Numbered from the stretch's first letter, positions 12,306 through 24,849 are shown. The stretch: DNA of 64,000 nucleotides from Octopus sinensis (GCF_006345805.1 NC_042999.1:43710001-43774000); one strand, 5' to 3'. Translations and numbers: made by a program. Notes: generated by a model from the sequence alone, not told the origin.

Positions 12306-12332
12306 ATGAATTGTTATTATTATTATTATTTT

Positions 12333-12582
12333 CTTTGCGCCCTTTTAAAGCCTAGCCAGGCTCATGGGCCCGGTTTCCCGGTTTCAATGGCGTATGTGTT
12401 CCCCAGCTAGATGGGACGCCAGTCCATCGCAGCGTTACTCATTTTTGCCAGCTGAGTGGACTGGAGCAACGTGAAATGAAGTGTTTTGCTCAAGAACACA
12501 ACGCGTCGCCCGGTCCAGGAATCGAAACCACAATCTTACGATCATGATGCTGACACCCTAACCACTAAGCCACGCGCCTCCA
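12333..12582 (-). mobile_element. SINE-E (tRNA head, CORE-like body), inserted in the TTA tail of the LINE
   Basis: Head ggaggcgcgtggcttagtggttagg with B-box gtttcgattcc; 3' half matches 19220-19325. Confidence 0.85.
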
Positions 12583-13212
12583 CATTATTATTATTATTAT
12601 TTCGACATACCAAATATATCGACGCCTAATTAATGGTGAGGTATAACAGGGCAAACGTAATATGATCCATTTGTTCACTCAACTATTAATTACATTCACG
12701 AATCAACGAGGGAAAACCTGTGTGTGCCGCTCAGCCTACTAAAAATAGCAGTCAAATCTGGCTAAAATCGCACTCTACTGGGAGTTTTTTAATGAGAAGG
12801 CACATTAAGAAATGTATCCTTGGGTGGTAGATCACCTGGCACTTTGGCTGCCTTTAGTAGAGTCCAGTCTGTTGTAAACATTCAGGCCAGGTCTTCAGTG
12901 TAGGATTCCTTCCTTTCTCCTAGTTTCGACGACCCTGTATAGGATCATGGATATTGCTTTTCTCCTGGCTAAGGGACCAAAGAAAATATATATTTGAAAT
13001 AAAAGATTGGATGGTTACGGCAGAATACCTTTAATAACTGATCTGCTATATGTAGACTAACTTGGAATTAAACAATATCAACAGTAACTATTATAGTCAC
13101 TCACAGAGCAATTTTCAGAACTATGCGACGTTTCAAGATAATCTGTTGCCAGTCGATGCTAAAGCTCGTGTAACCTATATGACATTTTTTACTACAAAAC
13201 AAGCTCAAAATA

Positions 13213-13631
13213 CCTATTTCTTTATTACCCACAAGGGGCTAAACATAGAGGGGACAAACATGGACAGACATAGGTATTAAGTCGATTATATCGACCCCAG
13301 TGCGTAACTGGTACTTAATTTATCGACCCCGAAAGGACGAAAGGCAAAGTCGACTTCGGCGGAATTTGAACTCAGAACGTAACGGCAGCCGAAATACCTA
13401 TTTCTTTATTACCCGCAAGGGGCTAAACATAGAGGGGACAAACATGGACAGACATAGGTATTAAGTCGATTACATCGACCCCAGTGCGTAACTGGTACTT
13501 AATTTATCGACCCCGAAAGGACGAAAGGCAGAGTCGACCTCGGCGGAATTTGAACTCACAACGTAACGGCAGCCGAAATACCGCTAAGTATTTCGCCCAG
13601 TGTGCTAACGATTCTGCCAGCTCGCCGCCTT
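13213..13631 (-). mobile_element. SINE-B head-to-tail dimer (184-bp unit)
   Basis: Unit boundaries at 13214 and 13398; flanked by the 15-bp direct repeat aacaagctcaaaata (13198-13212, 13632-13646). Confidence 0.92.
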
Positions 13632-13878
13632 AACAAGCTCAAAATAGCGGAGTTCTCAAATGGCTCGAAACATTTTCTCTGTTGAAAATAGAACCATTCC
13701 TCAAAGTTACTTCTCTACTCGACAAATATGGTGTTCCAGTTTTGGTTTCTCGTAATATAGTAAAACACCACTTTAAATATTTTATCTTCAAGTTTATGAA
13801 CCAAAGTAGATTATGATACTTAATCAATAAATATAGATTATAAAATTTCGATGCTAAAAAAGAAAATGAGCATATTAT

Positions 13879-14290
13879 ATACTCTTTACTCTTTTACTCT
13901 TTTACTTGTTTCAGTCATTTGACTGCGGCCATGCTGGAGCACCGCCTTTAGTCGAGCAAATCGACCCCGGGACTTATTCTTTGTAAACCCAGTACTTATT
14001 CTATCGGTCTCTTTGGCCGAACCGCTTAGTTACGGGGACGTAAACACACCAGCATCAGTTGTCAAGCAATGCTAGGGGGACAAACACAGACACACAAACA
14101 TACACACACAAGCATATACATATATACGACAGGCTTCTTTCAGTTTCCGTCTACCAAATCCACTCACAAGGCATTGGTCGGCCCGGGGCTATAGCAGAAG
14201 ACACTTGCCCAAGATGCCACGCAGTGGAACTGAACCCGGAACCATGTGGTTGGTTAGCAAGCTACTTACCACACAGCCACTCTTGCGCCT
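13879..14290 (-). mobile_element. SINE-A, young
   Basis: Full length with repeated AAAAGAGT tail. Confidence 0.95.
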
Positions 14291-14512
14291 ATATTGCTTT
14301 TCTTGTATTCATCTTATTGATTTAGAAAGAATGAAAATCAAACTCCTTCTGATTCTACCACTAACAATGAATAAATATGATAGGTATGACAAATACTTTC
14401 ATGTTTCAACACCTTAATGCAACAATACGTTCATTGAGAACGGCAAGCTGGATTTAGTTTTGATTTCCTGTCGGAGCCTATTGTCTCTCATTGTTAATAT
14501 TTATAAGGAAGC

Positions 14513-15090
14513 TAATGCGGCGAGCTGGCAGAATGGTTAGCATGTCGGGCAAAACACTTAGCGGCATTTCTTCCGTCTTCGCGTTCTGAGTTCGAATTCC
14601 GCCGAGGTTCATTTTTGCCTTTCATCCTTTCTGGATCGATAAAATACGAATCAGTTGAGTACTGGGGTCGATGTAATCGACTTACATACTCCCCTGGAAT
14701 TGTGAACCTTGTCCCAAAATTTGAAACCAATATTTATGAGAAAGATATGGGCGCGGCATTTAAGTGATTGACAGTATCGTTAAGGCGTCGGACAGAATGC
14801 CTAGCAATATTTCGTCCGACGCATTATGTTCTGAATTCAAATTCCGCCGGGCTCAACTTAGTTTTTCATTTCTCTGGGGGTCAATAAAATAACGCACCAG
14901 TCAAGTACTGGGATCGATGGTATCGACTAACTCCCTCCCCTCAAAACTTGAAACCTTTATGAACATTAGAGAAAGCAAGAATAGTAGAATGGCCGACTGA
15001 AGTGCTGTCAGTTTTTGATCCCCCCCGCTTTATGTTCAAAATTCAAATTCTGTTGGTGTCAACTTGCCTTTCATCCTTCCTGAACATAAA
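14513..15090 (+). mobile_element. Cluster of three diverged SINE-B copies in the same orientation
   Basis: B-box plus core motif (ttc.aattccgccg..gcctttcatcctt) recurs near 14590, 14830 and 15040. Confidence 0.8.
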
Positions 15091-15784
15091 ATAACTAACC
15101 ACACACAAACCTGATTCAGTACCTTTCAGCTAAAAATAAATTGTATCCTTCATATGATAGAACTTAATTTGAACCACAAAAAACACAGTGCTTCGCGAGT
15201 TATTCCCCTTGTTATTTCTTCCCGCTCACGTTTCACGTTCTATTTGGAAGTATAGGAAGTTATTCTTAGTTAAGACGATATCGACTTTTAATATTTCCAT
15301 GGGGAAAAAATATTATTTCCAAATTTTTATCTAGTTCTTGTCAGCTCTCATTAGGTAGATTCTTGATCAAAGTCGTTCCATTCATGAGTATACCTGACCT
15401 TGTATACCCTAGGACTATATTGCACAATGTTTCCTTCGTAATACGACAGAGTGTGAATCGATGGCTATTTAGCTGCTATTTCCAGTAAATCGGACTACTA
15501 CATAGACCATCTCTCATTGTATCATCAGAAAAACGTAGACTTGCTCGGTGGTAGTATTCTAGCGAAACAATGTTGATATTTCAACATCTAAATCATTTAT
15601 TTGTGGACGACATATTTCTCTTAGCACATTTTGATACGAGATTGGGCAAACTGATCTCCATCTCCGACCGATATTTCGAAACCCAGCCCAGCAAAACTGC
15701 ATTCATTTTATCGGAGCTGCGGAAAGTGTAAGTCGGTATATGTTTAAAACCCTTGGAGTTTTATTGCAAACACTCTAATCTATA

Positions 15785-16095
15785 CTGTCATCTACTATAG
15801 CCCCGGATTGATCACAGCCTTGTGAGTGGATCTGATAGACGGAAACTGAAAATAAACTCGTCGTGTGTGTGTGTGTGTGTGTTTATAGGTATGTGTGTGT
15901 CTGTGTTTGCCCCCACCCCCTCTTGACAACCAATGTTCGTGTGTTTACGTCCCCGTAACCTGGCGGTTCAGCAAAAGAGACTGATAGAATAAGTAGCAGG
16001 CTGAACTAATAAGTACTGGGATCGATTCATTCAACTAAAAAATTTTCAAGGCAGTGCCCCAGCGTGTCCGCAGTTTAATGACCGAAACAAGTATA
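15785..16095 (+). mobile_element. SINE-A lacking its head
   Basis: ctactatagccc..gacggaaactgaa..(TG)n..gactgaaacaag-like end. Confidence 0.85.
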
Positions 16096-16357
16096 ACATA
16101 AAATATAAAAGGATGATATTTTGATATATGCTTTGTATATCCCATCAATATATGTGGAGGCACATTTACATTTTGTATTTTTACTGATAATGAGGATGAG
16201 ACAAACATTTCCTTAACATTTTTTAAGGTGCCAGGTGAATGTAAATTTGAGGATCACTGACCTAGAGCACTGAGGATACATATGAGATTAATAATGATTA
16301 AGATTTAAAAAAAATCTGGTGTTCAGTTATCTCAGAAGTAGCACCTTTAATATTTAA

Positions 16358-16513
16358 CAGGGATGGACCCAAGGATGTGGCTGAGGGGCACGTTCCCACC
16401 TCAAGGAAAGAAGTGCGCCCTTCTAAATAATGTTATGACACCCTTTTCTCCTAGAATTGTATTTCCTTCTGGCCTTGTGCACTCCCTTCAAAACATTCCT
16501 GGGACTGCACCTG
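16358..16513. mobile_element. Possible decayed MITE (CAGG..CCTG termini)
   Basis: Imperfect TIRs cagggatggacccaagga / tcctgggactgcacctg with tttaa on both flanks. Confidence 0.35.
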
Positions 16514-16827
16514 TTTAATTTGTCAATTCCACGAAAGTAAACATTTGAAATGAAATTGCAACAATATGGTAAAACAACAATAAAACTACTGAATTTTAAA
16601 TGAACAAGACTTCTTTACACACTGAAGGACGTTCGAAGAATTCTATCACCATCGTTCTGTTGCTGTGCTTTAACAATATAGTTCCCAATTTTGGCTGATT
16701 CAGTCAATCTAGTGCTACTACTAAATAAGTATAGTAGATGATTTGATGTTCTCAACGTATGCGACGGAAATATTGTATAGTTAATTTATTTGCAGTGTTG
16801 GTCTTAGATATATCCAGGAACTACTAA

Positions 16828-17235
16828 TATAGGCGCAGGAGTGGTCGTGTGGTAAGTAGCTTGTTTACCAACCACATGGTTCCGGGTTCAGTCCCACTGC
16901 GTGGCACCTTGGGCAAGTGTCTTCTACTATAGCCTCGGGCCCACCAAAGCCTTGTGAGTGGATTTGGTAGACGGAAACTGAAAGAAGCCCGTCGTATATA
17001 TGTGTATGTGCGTATATGTTTGTGTGTCTGTGTTTGTCCCCCTAGCATTGCATGACAACCGATGCTGGTGTGTTTATGTCCCCGTTACCTAGCGGTTCGG
17101 CAAAAGAGACCGATAGAATAAGTCCTGGGCTTACAAAGAATAAGTCCTGGGGTCGAGTTGCTCGATTAAAGGCGGTGCTCCAGCATGGCCGCAGTCAAAA
17201 TGACTGAAACAAGTAAAAAGAGAAAAAGAGAAAAG
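16828..17235 (+). mobile_element. SINE-A
   Basis: Full-length family match. Confidence 0.95.
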
Positions 17236-17259
17236 ATACATCTATAGTATCATTGCTAT

Positions 17260-19895
17260 TCGACTTTTCGGTGCCATTTCGCTCAGCTGTTTGGGGCGAA
17301 CAGTCGATTGGACCTTACCGCCTAACTCGGCGGCCTGCTACGGCTCGCAGATAGGAATAAGGAGTACTACGAAAGGCCGATCGAAGTTGACGAAATAGAA
17401 GCGATGGCTGGCTGCACGAGGGAGGGGTTGCCGAAGCTGGATGGTTTGCCCTACGAACTTCATATGTCGGGCTTGCGCGGGAATCTGTTAGCAGATGCAT
17501 ACTGCAATAGGCAGCAAAACGGGAGAATTCCATATCATGTGAAAAGAAGCGCGGAGCCAATGCTGTGAAAGGGGATGTTAATGATTTCAGGCTCATATCT
17601 CTGTAAATGCAGAGTTGAAGATTTTGGCGAAGGCGTTAGCAAAGAGGTTGGCACTTATCGTCAACGGTCTGATTCGTGAAACGTAAGTATGCGCCATTTA
17701 AACGGATCTATCCACGACAACCTCTATTTCATGCGATACATCATAGAGAGGATTGATAAAGAACTTGGCATGAATTGGTGACGATACTTGGCAGTTGCTC
17801 TCACGATGACCAGTTTCGGTCCCGTTTTTCGGTTCCGTCTTTCTGCAATGTATAACAACATCTACTCGGTGGGTCAGGTGAATGGTCAGCAATTGGAACT
17901 ATTCAGTATCAACGCGTCGGTCCCTCAAGGTTGTCTCCCTCTCTTGCATATGTACTGATTCTAGAACCACAACTACAGAAACAGATGCTGAGGAACATCC
18001 TGCGCGAACTAGGGCGTGGGAGAACTGTGTCAGCATACTCGGACACTAGTCACATAGACCCGGTCGACACCGCTCTGAAAGAATACGTGGTAGTGACAGG
18101 AGTAAAAATCAACCACGAAAAATCAGCGAACTGTAGTTCGGCTCTTAGAGAGGCAGGACCATGCCGTTCAACAGCGTTGTGGGACACCGGACAGATAGAC
18201 CGATTAAATTGCTTGAGGTCTGGTTTGGTTCAGATCTCTTGGTGAAGAATAAGTAGGACAAGGTGACAAGCAGGACGACCGGGCCGAGAAAAAGCTATCC
18301 CTAAAAGGTTGAACAGAGATGGCGAACGCATGTATGGCCACCGTCCTATTATCGCCTGACTACCGTACCCTGCCCCAGTTCACGTTTGACCGAACTGAAG
18401 CGCGAACTGACCAGGTTTCTGCAGAAGGAAAACGTTCTGTTCAGGCGATCTATGTTGTTATCTACATCCACTCAATGGAAGATTCGGCATGCTATAGATG
18501 ACGATGCGCAGACATGCGCTGAGGCTGCGACATCTCTAAGCATTTCCTTGGCGGTGAGTATATATGGTCGCCGTTTGTCAGACTCGCTTTTCCTTAGCTC
18601 ATCTCTTTGACTGGGCTGCTGTCCTGGATCAGGCGTAGACCAAGGCAGGGCGCCTAGCACCTAAAATACCACCAGACGTCTACAACCCTCTGCCTGTCGA
18701 GCAATACGGTCAGTGGAAGTTACGCTGACGTTATACAGAGGTTTAGTGGTGGGCAAGAGCAACGATTTTCTCGGGTAGACTCTGGGCATCAATGAGAATC
18801 AACTGGCTGGCCTGATCTGGAGGACTTTCAGTCCGGAGCACATGGGTAAGTTTTAGTAATCTCTGACCTGTCAGTACTTCCGGATGACATTGCCGGTTCA
18901 AGATAAACTCCATAGACATAGAAGTGCTGTCACTCGGACCTGCCCAACATGCTCATAGAGCGATGAAACTGTTCGGCACGCACTCATCCAATACTCGAGC
19001 GTTGCTGATTTGTGGAATTATGCCAAACGTCTAGGAGGCGCAATGGCCCAGTGGTTAGGACAGCGGACTCATAGTCGGAGGATCGTGGTTTCGATTCCCA
19101 GACCGGGCGTTGTGTGTGTTTATTGAGCGAAAACACCTAAAGCTCCACGAGGCTCCGGCAGGGGGTGGTAGCGACTCCTGTTTCTCAACTTTCTCTCACT
19201 CTTTCTTCTTGTTTCTTGGGTAACGCTGCGATGAACTGGCGTCCCTTCCAGCTGGGGGTAACACATACGCCACAGGAGCCGGGAAACCGGGCCTATGAGT
19301 CTGGCTAGGCTTGAAAAGGGCGCATAAATAAATAATGCCAAATGTCTGCAGTCGTGTGTAGGACGGATTCGGTTATTAGCTGAATCCATTGCGAAGATCG
19401 TCCCGCCACCTTCTTTTGGTCGTGAAGTACAGGAAGTATTTACCCATCTGGTGGCCTTAGCGAAAGAAACTGCGTGTTGGGCAAGACTGAAAGGGTTGAA
19501 GATAAACACCTTTCTCTTTGGCCAAGTGTTTCTAGTTTCAACTGTTTCAAGTTTCACTTGAAAAGGAAAATAAGGTTGGAAAGGTAAGTGCTGTCTTCTA
19601 GTAAATTTGTTGAAAGATGGGTGAATATAGCAAGGATAGTCCGAACTGGCCTGATCTGAGCATTCACCTGTAGATTGAGGTGAGGGCGTCCATAGTTTTG
19701 TGGGGTTTCCACGAGAAACCTTCGAAAGTCTCTCTCGCTGTTGGAGATTCTTTCTTCTTTGAATTTTTTTTGTGTTTCTTTGTTTTTATTATTTTATTGT
19801 TTACACACCTTCTTGTAACCCCATATCATGTCATACTGTATCGTACTATACCATCCTTGCTCTTTGCGTAAACCCTTAGTGGTTAGTAAAGAAAT
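17260..19895 (+). mobile_element. Decayed L1/Tx1-type LINE (RT, zf-RVT, 3'UTR), interrupted by a SINE
   Basis: Motif remnants DGLPYE, VNAELKILAKALAKRL, SVPQGC(P)LSP, VSAYSD (AYADD-like) and a zf-RVT region homologous to 11560-12000; many frameshifts. Confidence 0.88.
19033..19334 (+). mobile_element. SINE-C head with SINE-E-type tail, inserted in the LINE
   Basis: 13-bp TSD atgccaaacgtct (19020-19032) / atgccaaatgtct (19335-19347). Confidence 0.9.
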
Positions 19896-21784
19896 CATCA
19901 TTATCATCATCATCATCAGTGGCAGTAGTAGTAGTAATATGCCCTGGTGTAACAAAATCACTAGAACATTGTGTTAAAAGCCATATCAGTTCAAATTTTC
20001 CTCTTATTTATATCCGGGCGTCGATACCGACAAGCACTTTTTTCTAACAAATTTACAACCTTGTGTCGATGTAAAAAGTAAAAGATCATTATTGAAAACG
20101 AACGAAAGCGTTCATTTGTTTTGCTTTTTATTTTGCTTAAAGAAATTACCATAAAAATTTATTACTTATAAATTTATTTGTTTATATTGGAAAGCTCTTG
20201 TTTTAGTCCATCTAAAATGGCAGAACTAAGGCTCCTTGCCAGCAATGTTATTCGAGATGATATAAAACAAGTTCTATCGTCCTAAAGTTATTACTTTCTT
20301 CTTAGCTTCGTATGACAGTATCAAAATACACGCTTATCACTATAACCAAGTTAGATTCAATTGACAAAGATTCAAATTACATCCTTATCACTTGAACTAA
20401 GTTTCTTTGACAACGGAAACTTAGCTTTGGCGATAAAGATATAATTTACAACTCTGTTTTCTGGGACAAGATGCTGCACTCGCAACGCCGTACTTTCAGA
20501 ATCAATATTGCAGTCTCGAAACCACAGAAGGCTGGATCAATAAATGCTAGAGTACTGAAAAATAATTAAAAGAGTGTTTCGTATCCAAGCACATTCTATG
20601 CGTTGTGTATATAACCAAGACTTCCAGGTTTCAATGATACAGAGTTCATTTACTTCTATGTAGACAGTGAGAGTACCGTAAAACGGAATATTGTATCGTT
20701 TGTTTAAGGTATGAGTTCAATTTCTCCAGTGAGACTGAAGAGAACTACGAGAGTCTTCTTAAGTGTACTTTCTCAATTATTGAATTTCTACACGAAGATT
20801 AGTTATTTAGTTACGATCAAGTTAGATCATTTGCTGTCACTAATATGGTCCCAGACTCTTCTCCTCGAAACCAATTTGATCTGGAGTAGGTTAAGGCGAA
20901 GTGTGGAACAGAAAGAGGGAGAAAAAAAAATAAAGAGAAAAAAATGAGAAAGAAAAAGAGAGAGAGAGAGAAGCGTCCATGTCATGATGTAGGGCGAACC
21001 TAATAATTATTACGTGGTTTAAAAAGTTAGCTGAAGGTAGAGGAGGCGAGTTAAAAATATAATTTTAGCAGAGGAGTGATGTTGCGATGGTGAGGTTAAG
21101 AAAAGGCAGAAAGAGAGAGAGTGAGGATGGAGAAAGATGATGATGGTGGTGGTGGTGGTGGTGATTGCGTAGTGAAAAGTGTATTTTTTAAAAAATTGAA
21201 CTAACTTTTTTATATCACCTGTCACTTAACGCATGTGTATAAGGGCAATTCCGTGAAATATTCACGCTTATTTACGTGGCAAATATATGCAATTTAACTA
21301 AAGGTTGTATCGTATGTACGGGATATTTTTCTTATGGGAAAAATGGAAAAATAAGAGTGAGTATTTTATGAGTGCTGTATATTACGTCTATAAAAGTATA
21401 TAAAGTGCATTAAGTAATCCTTGTATTCCAATTTCTTTCACTTTTCAATGAGTAGCAGATGCGCAACTCTTTCCATACAAACGCAACACAGGCTACGCTT
21501 TCAGGAATTTTGGATAAAGCTTTCAGAAATAACCATTAATTACTATTAATTCTGTGAAATATTCACGGGTCCCGCTAATTATTATTTGTTATTATTATTC
21601 AGTAGTCTTATTTTTATCACGTGCTTTCACTGCACTACCGGGCGCAGCTCTGTGTGCTGTAGTTTGTTGTGGTGCTCTTATTTTTATTGTATTGAAAGTG
21701 TTTTACGTAGCATGTGTGCGGTGCCCAGTAGTGTTATTTTATGTATGTTATATATACTTGTTAGTCCTGGTGTTTTTATTATGT

Positions 21785-22179
21785 ACTAGCTGTATCGCCC
21801 GGCGTTGCTCGGGTTTGTAAGGGAAATAACTATAAGCATTTTTAGAGATGTAAAGTATAATAGCCATCTCAATATGGTTAACCACAAAGGGGGGGGTGGG
21901 GTTACTGTAGCTTTTTACGTTCTGAAATTTAATAAATTTTTAGAGTTGCTTCCCTTATATATGCCAAAAATGCATTAAAAATGGGAAAAATTGATGGTAA
22001 TTTTTTTTTTAAATCGTAGACTCATCGTAGACGCGCGCTAATACCCAGAAGGGCTCGATATGAATCACGACTATAAGATACCCGGTTTTGGTTAAACTGC
22101 ACCGCAAAATGTGGGAGTAGTTAGGAATCTAAATCGTAGGAGACAGACAGCATACAACCTCACTTTTATTTGTAAAGAT
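21785..22179 (+). mobile_element. DINE-1/HINE-like non-autonomous Helitron/Helentron element
   Basis: Starts actagc..cgcccggcgttgctcggg (subterminal hairpin); ends with an acag repeat and tttatttgtaaagat; 5' end shared with 32793. Confidence 0.6.
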
Positions 22180-22664
22180 TTGTCTGAATGGTTTTTTTTA
22201 GGAGGAATCACTGGCAAAGGGTTGACCTCGGCGGTATTCGAACTCAGAATGTAAAAAGCCAGAATTCCAATACTCCAAAGATTTTGTCAAACTTTCGCCG
22301 TTGCCTCGTAAGAGGTATGGTGTTAAAATGTTGGGTTTATAGAGATGGCGAAGGTCGGTCCTTAGTCATAGATACTTCTGTAAGTAGATATCTGTTGAGT
22401 AAATTAACCTTTAACCCCTGACCTTTGATATTTGACCCACGACCAGAGTCAGGCAACAAGTTAGCCAACCAACTTATTAGTCAACATGTCAGCTAACTTT
22501 GAAGGATAATTCTAGAGCCAGTTTGAACCTTGAACTTAATCTTTTTTTTTTTTTTGTCTTTATCTTTGCTAGAAATGCTAATGTTGGTGCTTCTGTTGCA
22601 GCCGCAACTGATGCTGTTTCGCCCCGGGGTCGATCCTGATTGAACAGAACTGTGATAATTCTCT

Positions 22665-22870
22665 CGTTACTTGTTTCAGTCATTTGACTGCGGCCATGCT
22701 TGAGCACCACCTTTAGTCGAGCAAATCGACCCCAGGACTTATTCTTTGTAATCTTAGTACTTATTCTATCGGTCTCTTTTGCCGAACCGCTAAGTTACGG
22801 GGACGCAAACACACCAGCATCGGTTGTCAAGCGATGTTGGGGGGACAAACACAGACACGCACAAACACAC
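22665..22870 (-). mobile_element. SINE-A 3' half (partner of 23465-23650)
   Basis: Family match that stops at the internal microsatellite. Confidence 0.85.
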
Positions 22871-22879
22871 ACTACTACT

Positions 22880-23400
22880 ACTCCTCTTCCCTCTCGTCGT
22901 TGACATGGAACCAGAGTCCTTCTGTCTTTCTGAACACAGCCTTCAACAAGTATAGACGGCATCCTATCCCTTTCTTATGCCGTTTTCTCACGCGTTCAAA
23001 ATAATTTTTCTTTCGTTCGGCTTAACAGCCCTTAACGTTCGTATTACTGTTATTCTACTTGTCCTGTCGTTTACTGTTTTTATTTTTATTTGTATTTTTA
23101 CTGTCCTGTTTTTGTTACCACTTTTACCCCTCCGCAAAAAATCTCAAATTTTATTTAATTTGATTTGCGGGAAGGACTGTTTCACCGAAGTCTTGTCTCG
23201 CCTTTACCTTCGAAACACGGAGTAGACGAAACGGAGGCGGCTGAAGAAGGAGATTTTTCCTTGTGTTGTATGTCTTGTACCCTATCTTTTCGTTGTTTAA
23301 AAAAATGTCCGTTTCCATGGTTCTGTTTTTATGTTTTCGTTTCTCATTGTGTTCGACGTTTTTTTGGTGTCCTGTACCTATATATGCATGTATATATACA
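22880..23400 (+). repeat. Unclassified T-rich repeat fragment (Penelope-terminus-like) inside the split SINE-A
   Basis: cgaaa..ctgaagaagg motif followed by a T-rich tract, similar in layout to 34950-35190 (minus) and 44990-45400. Confidence 0.35.
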
Positions 23401-23464
23401 TATAGATGTAGGTACGTACATATATGTATGTATATATGCATATGTTTTATTTATTATTTTGTTA

Positions 23465-23650
23465 TTATATATATATATATATATACGACGGGCTTCTTTC
23501 AGTTTCCGTCTACCAAATCCACTCACAAGGCTTTGATCGGCCCGAGGCTATAGTAGAAGACACTTGCGCAAGGTGCTACGCAGTGGGACTGAACCCGGAA
23601 CCATGTGGTTGGCAAGCAAGCTACTTACCACACAGCCACTCTTGCGCCTA
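23465..23650 (-). mobile_element. SINE-A 5' half
   Basis: Head and body up to the microsatellite. Confidence 0.9.
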
Positions 23651-23651
23651 T

Positions 23652-23910
23652 AAAACGTAGCGGCAGACGAAATACCTATTTCTTTACTACCCACAAGGAG
23701 CTAAGCACAGAGAGGACAAACAAGGGCAGACAAACGGATTAAGTTGATTACATCGACCCCAGTGCGTAACTGGTACTTAATTTATCGACCCAGAAAGGAT
23801 GAAAGGCAAAGTCGACCTCGGCGGAATTTGAACTCAGAACGTAACGGCAGACGAAATACGGCTACGCATTTCGCCCGGCGTGCTAACGTTTCTGCCAGCT
23901 CGCCGCCTTT
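23652..23910 (-). mobile_element. SINE-B, one unit plus the start of a second
   Basis: Same gaaatac|ctatttc junction at about 23675. Confidence 0.9.
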
Positions 23911-24169
23911 TAAATGATATTCTATCCGTAATCAGTTGATGCTTTAGTGCTTTCCTTCTTTTATTTACCATTTTTTTCTCAAAGCGGACTAACTACATTT
24001 TCCTATGTGTCCATCTTAATCGTTTAAGATGGTAGAATGTAATTTGATTGAGGAAGGTTGATCGCCGCCCATAGCAGATTCAGCGACCTCGTAAAGGCTC
24101 TCTGGAGGGTGGTGATGTAGGAGTACGGGGGACGAAGGCGGCGACAGCAGTGGTGGTGATGGTGGTTGT

Positions 24170-24402
24170 GGCGGCGAGCTGGCAGAATCGTTAGCACGCC
24201 GGGCGAAATGCTCAGCAGTGTTTCGTCTGTCGCTACGTTCTGAGTTCAAATTCCGCCGAGGTCGACTTTGCCTTTCGTCCTTTCGAGGTCGATAAATTAA
24301 GTACCAGTTACGCACTGGGGTCAATATAATCGACTTAATCCGTTTGTCTGTCCTTGTTTGTCCTCTCTGTGTTTAGCCCCTTGTGGGTAGTAAAGAAATA
24401 GG
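24170..24402 (+). mobile_element. SINE-B monomer
   Basis: ggcggcgagctggcagaatcgttagc head, B-box gagttcaaattcc, ends gtgggtagtaaagaaatag. Confidence 0.92.
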
Positions 24403-24849
24403 TTGTGGTGGTCATGATGATGATTTGGAAATGGATTATTATTTTTTTGTTAGGGTTAGTTATTTCGTTTCCTATATGACTAATGTTACTGTACTCAAAG
24501 CACATGTATTGTGGGTGGATGGACGGTTGGAGCTTGTGTAAGAATCACTGCTGTATAAATGTGTCTAATATAAATAAGATGGAGAAACACAGTGGATAGA
24601 ATGGGTGGTGGTGGTGAGAGTAGAGAAATCTATGGAAGAGACTAGAAAAGGAGGGAGAAGGAGATAGAAAGAGGAGAGGTATCTGAGAGCGTTGTTAGCT
24701 TGTGTGGTGTTCATGCAACGGGCAAACTAATTTATATGTATGATGGTGGTGATGAAGGTGGTGTTGGTGATGGTGGTGATGTTGGTGGTTGCGGTGGTAG
24801 TGGGGATGGTAGTGTAGGTGGTGATAGCTTTGGTGTTGGTCGTGGGAGT

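Noticed and set aside
13110-13150. Minus-strand GAAACGTC resembling a hammerhead 3' half
   Set aside because: No CUGANGA core or stem I partner upstream.
23195-23260. Hammerhead-like GAAA..CTGA(A/T)GA motifs here, at 35040-35100 (minus) and 45260-45320
   Set aside because: Core words are present but I could not assemble stems I-III with a valid NUH site in any topology; kept only as possible Penelope-like fragments.
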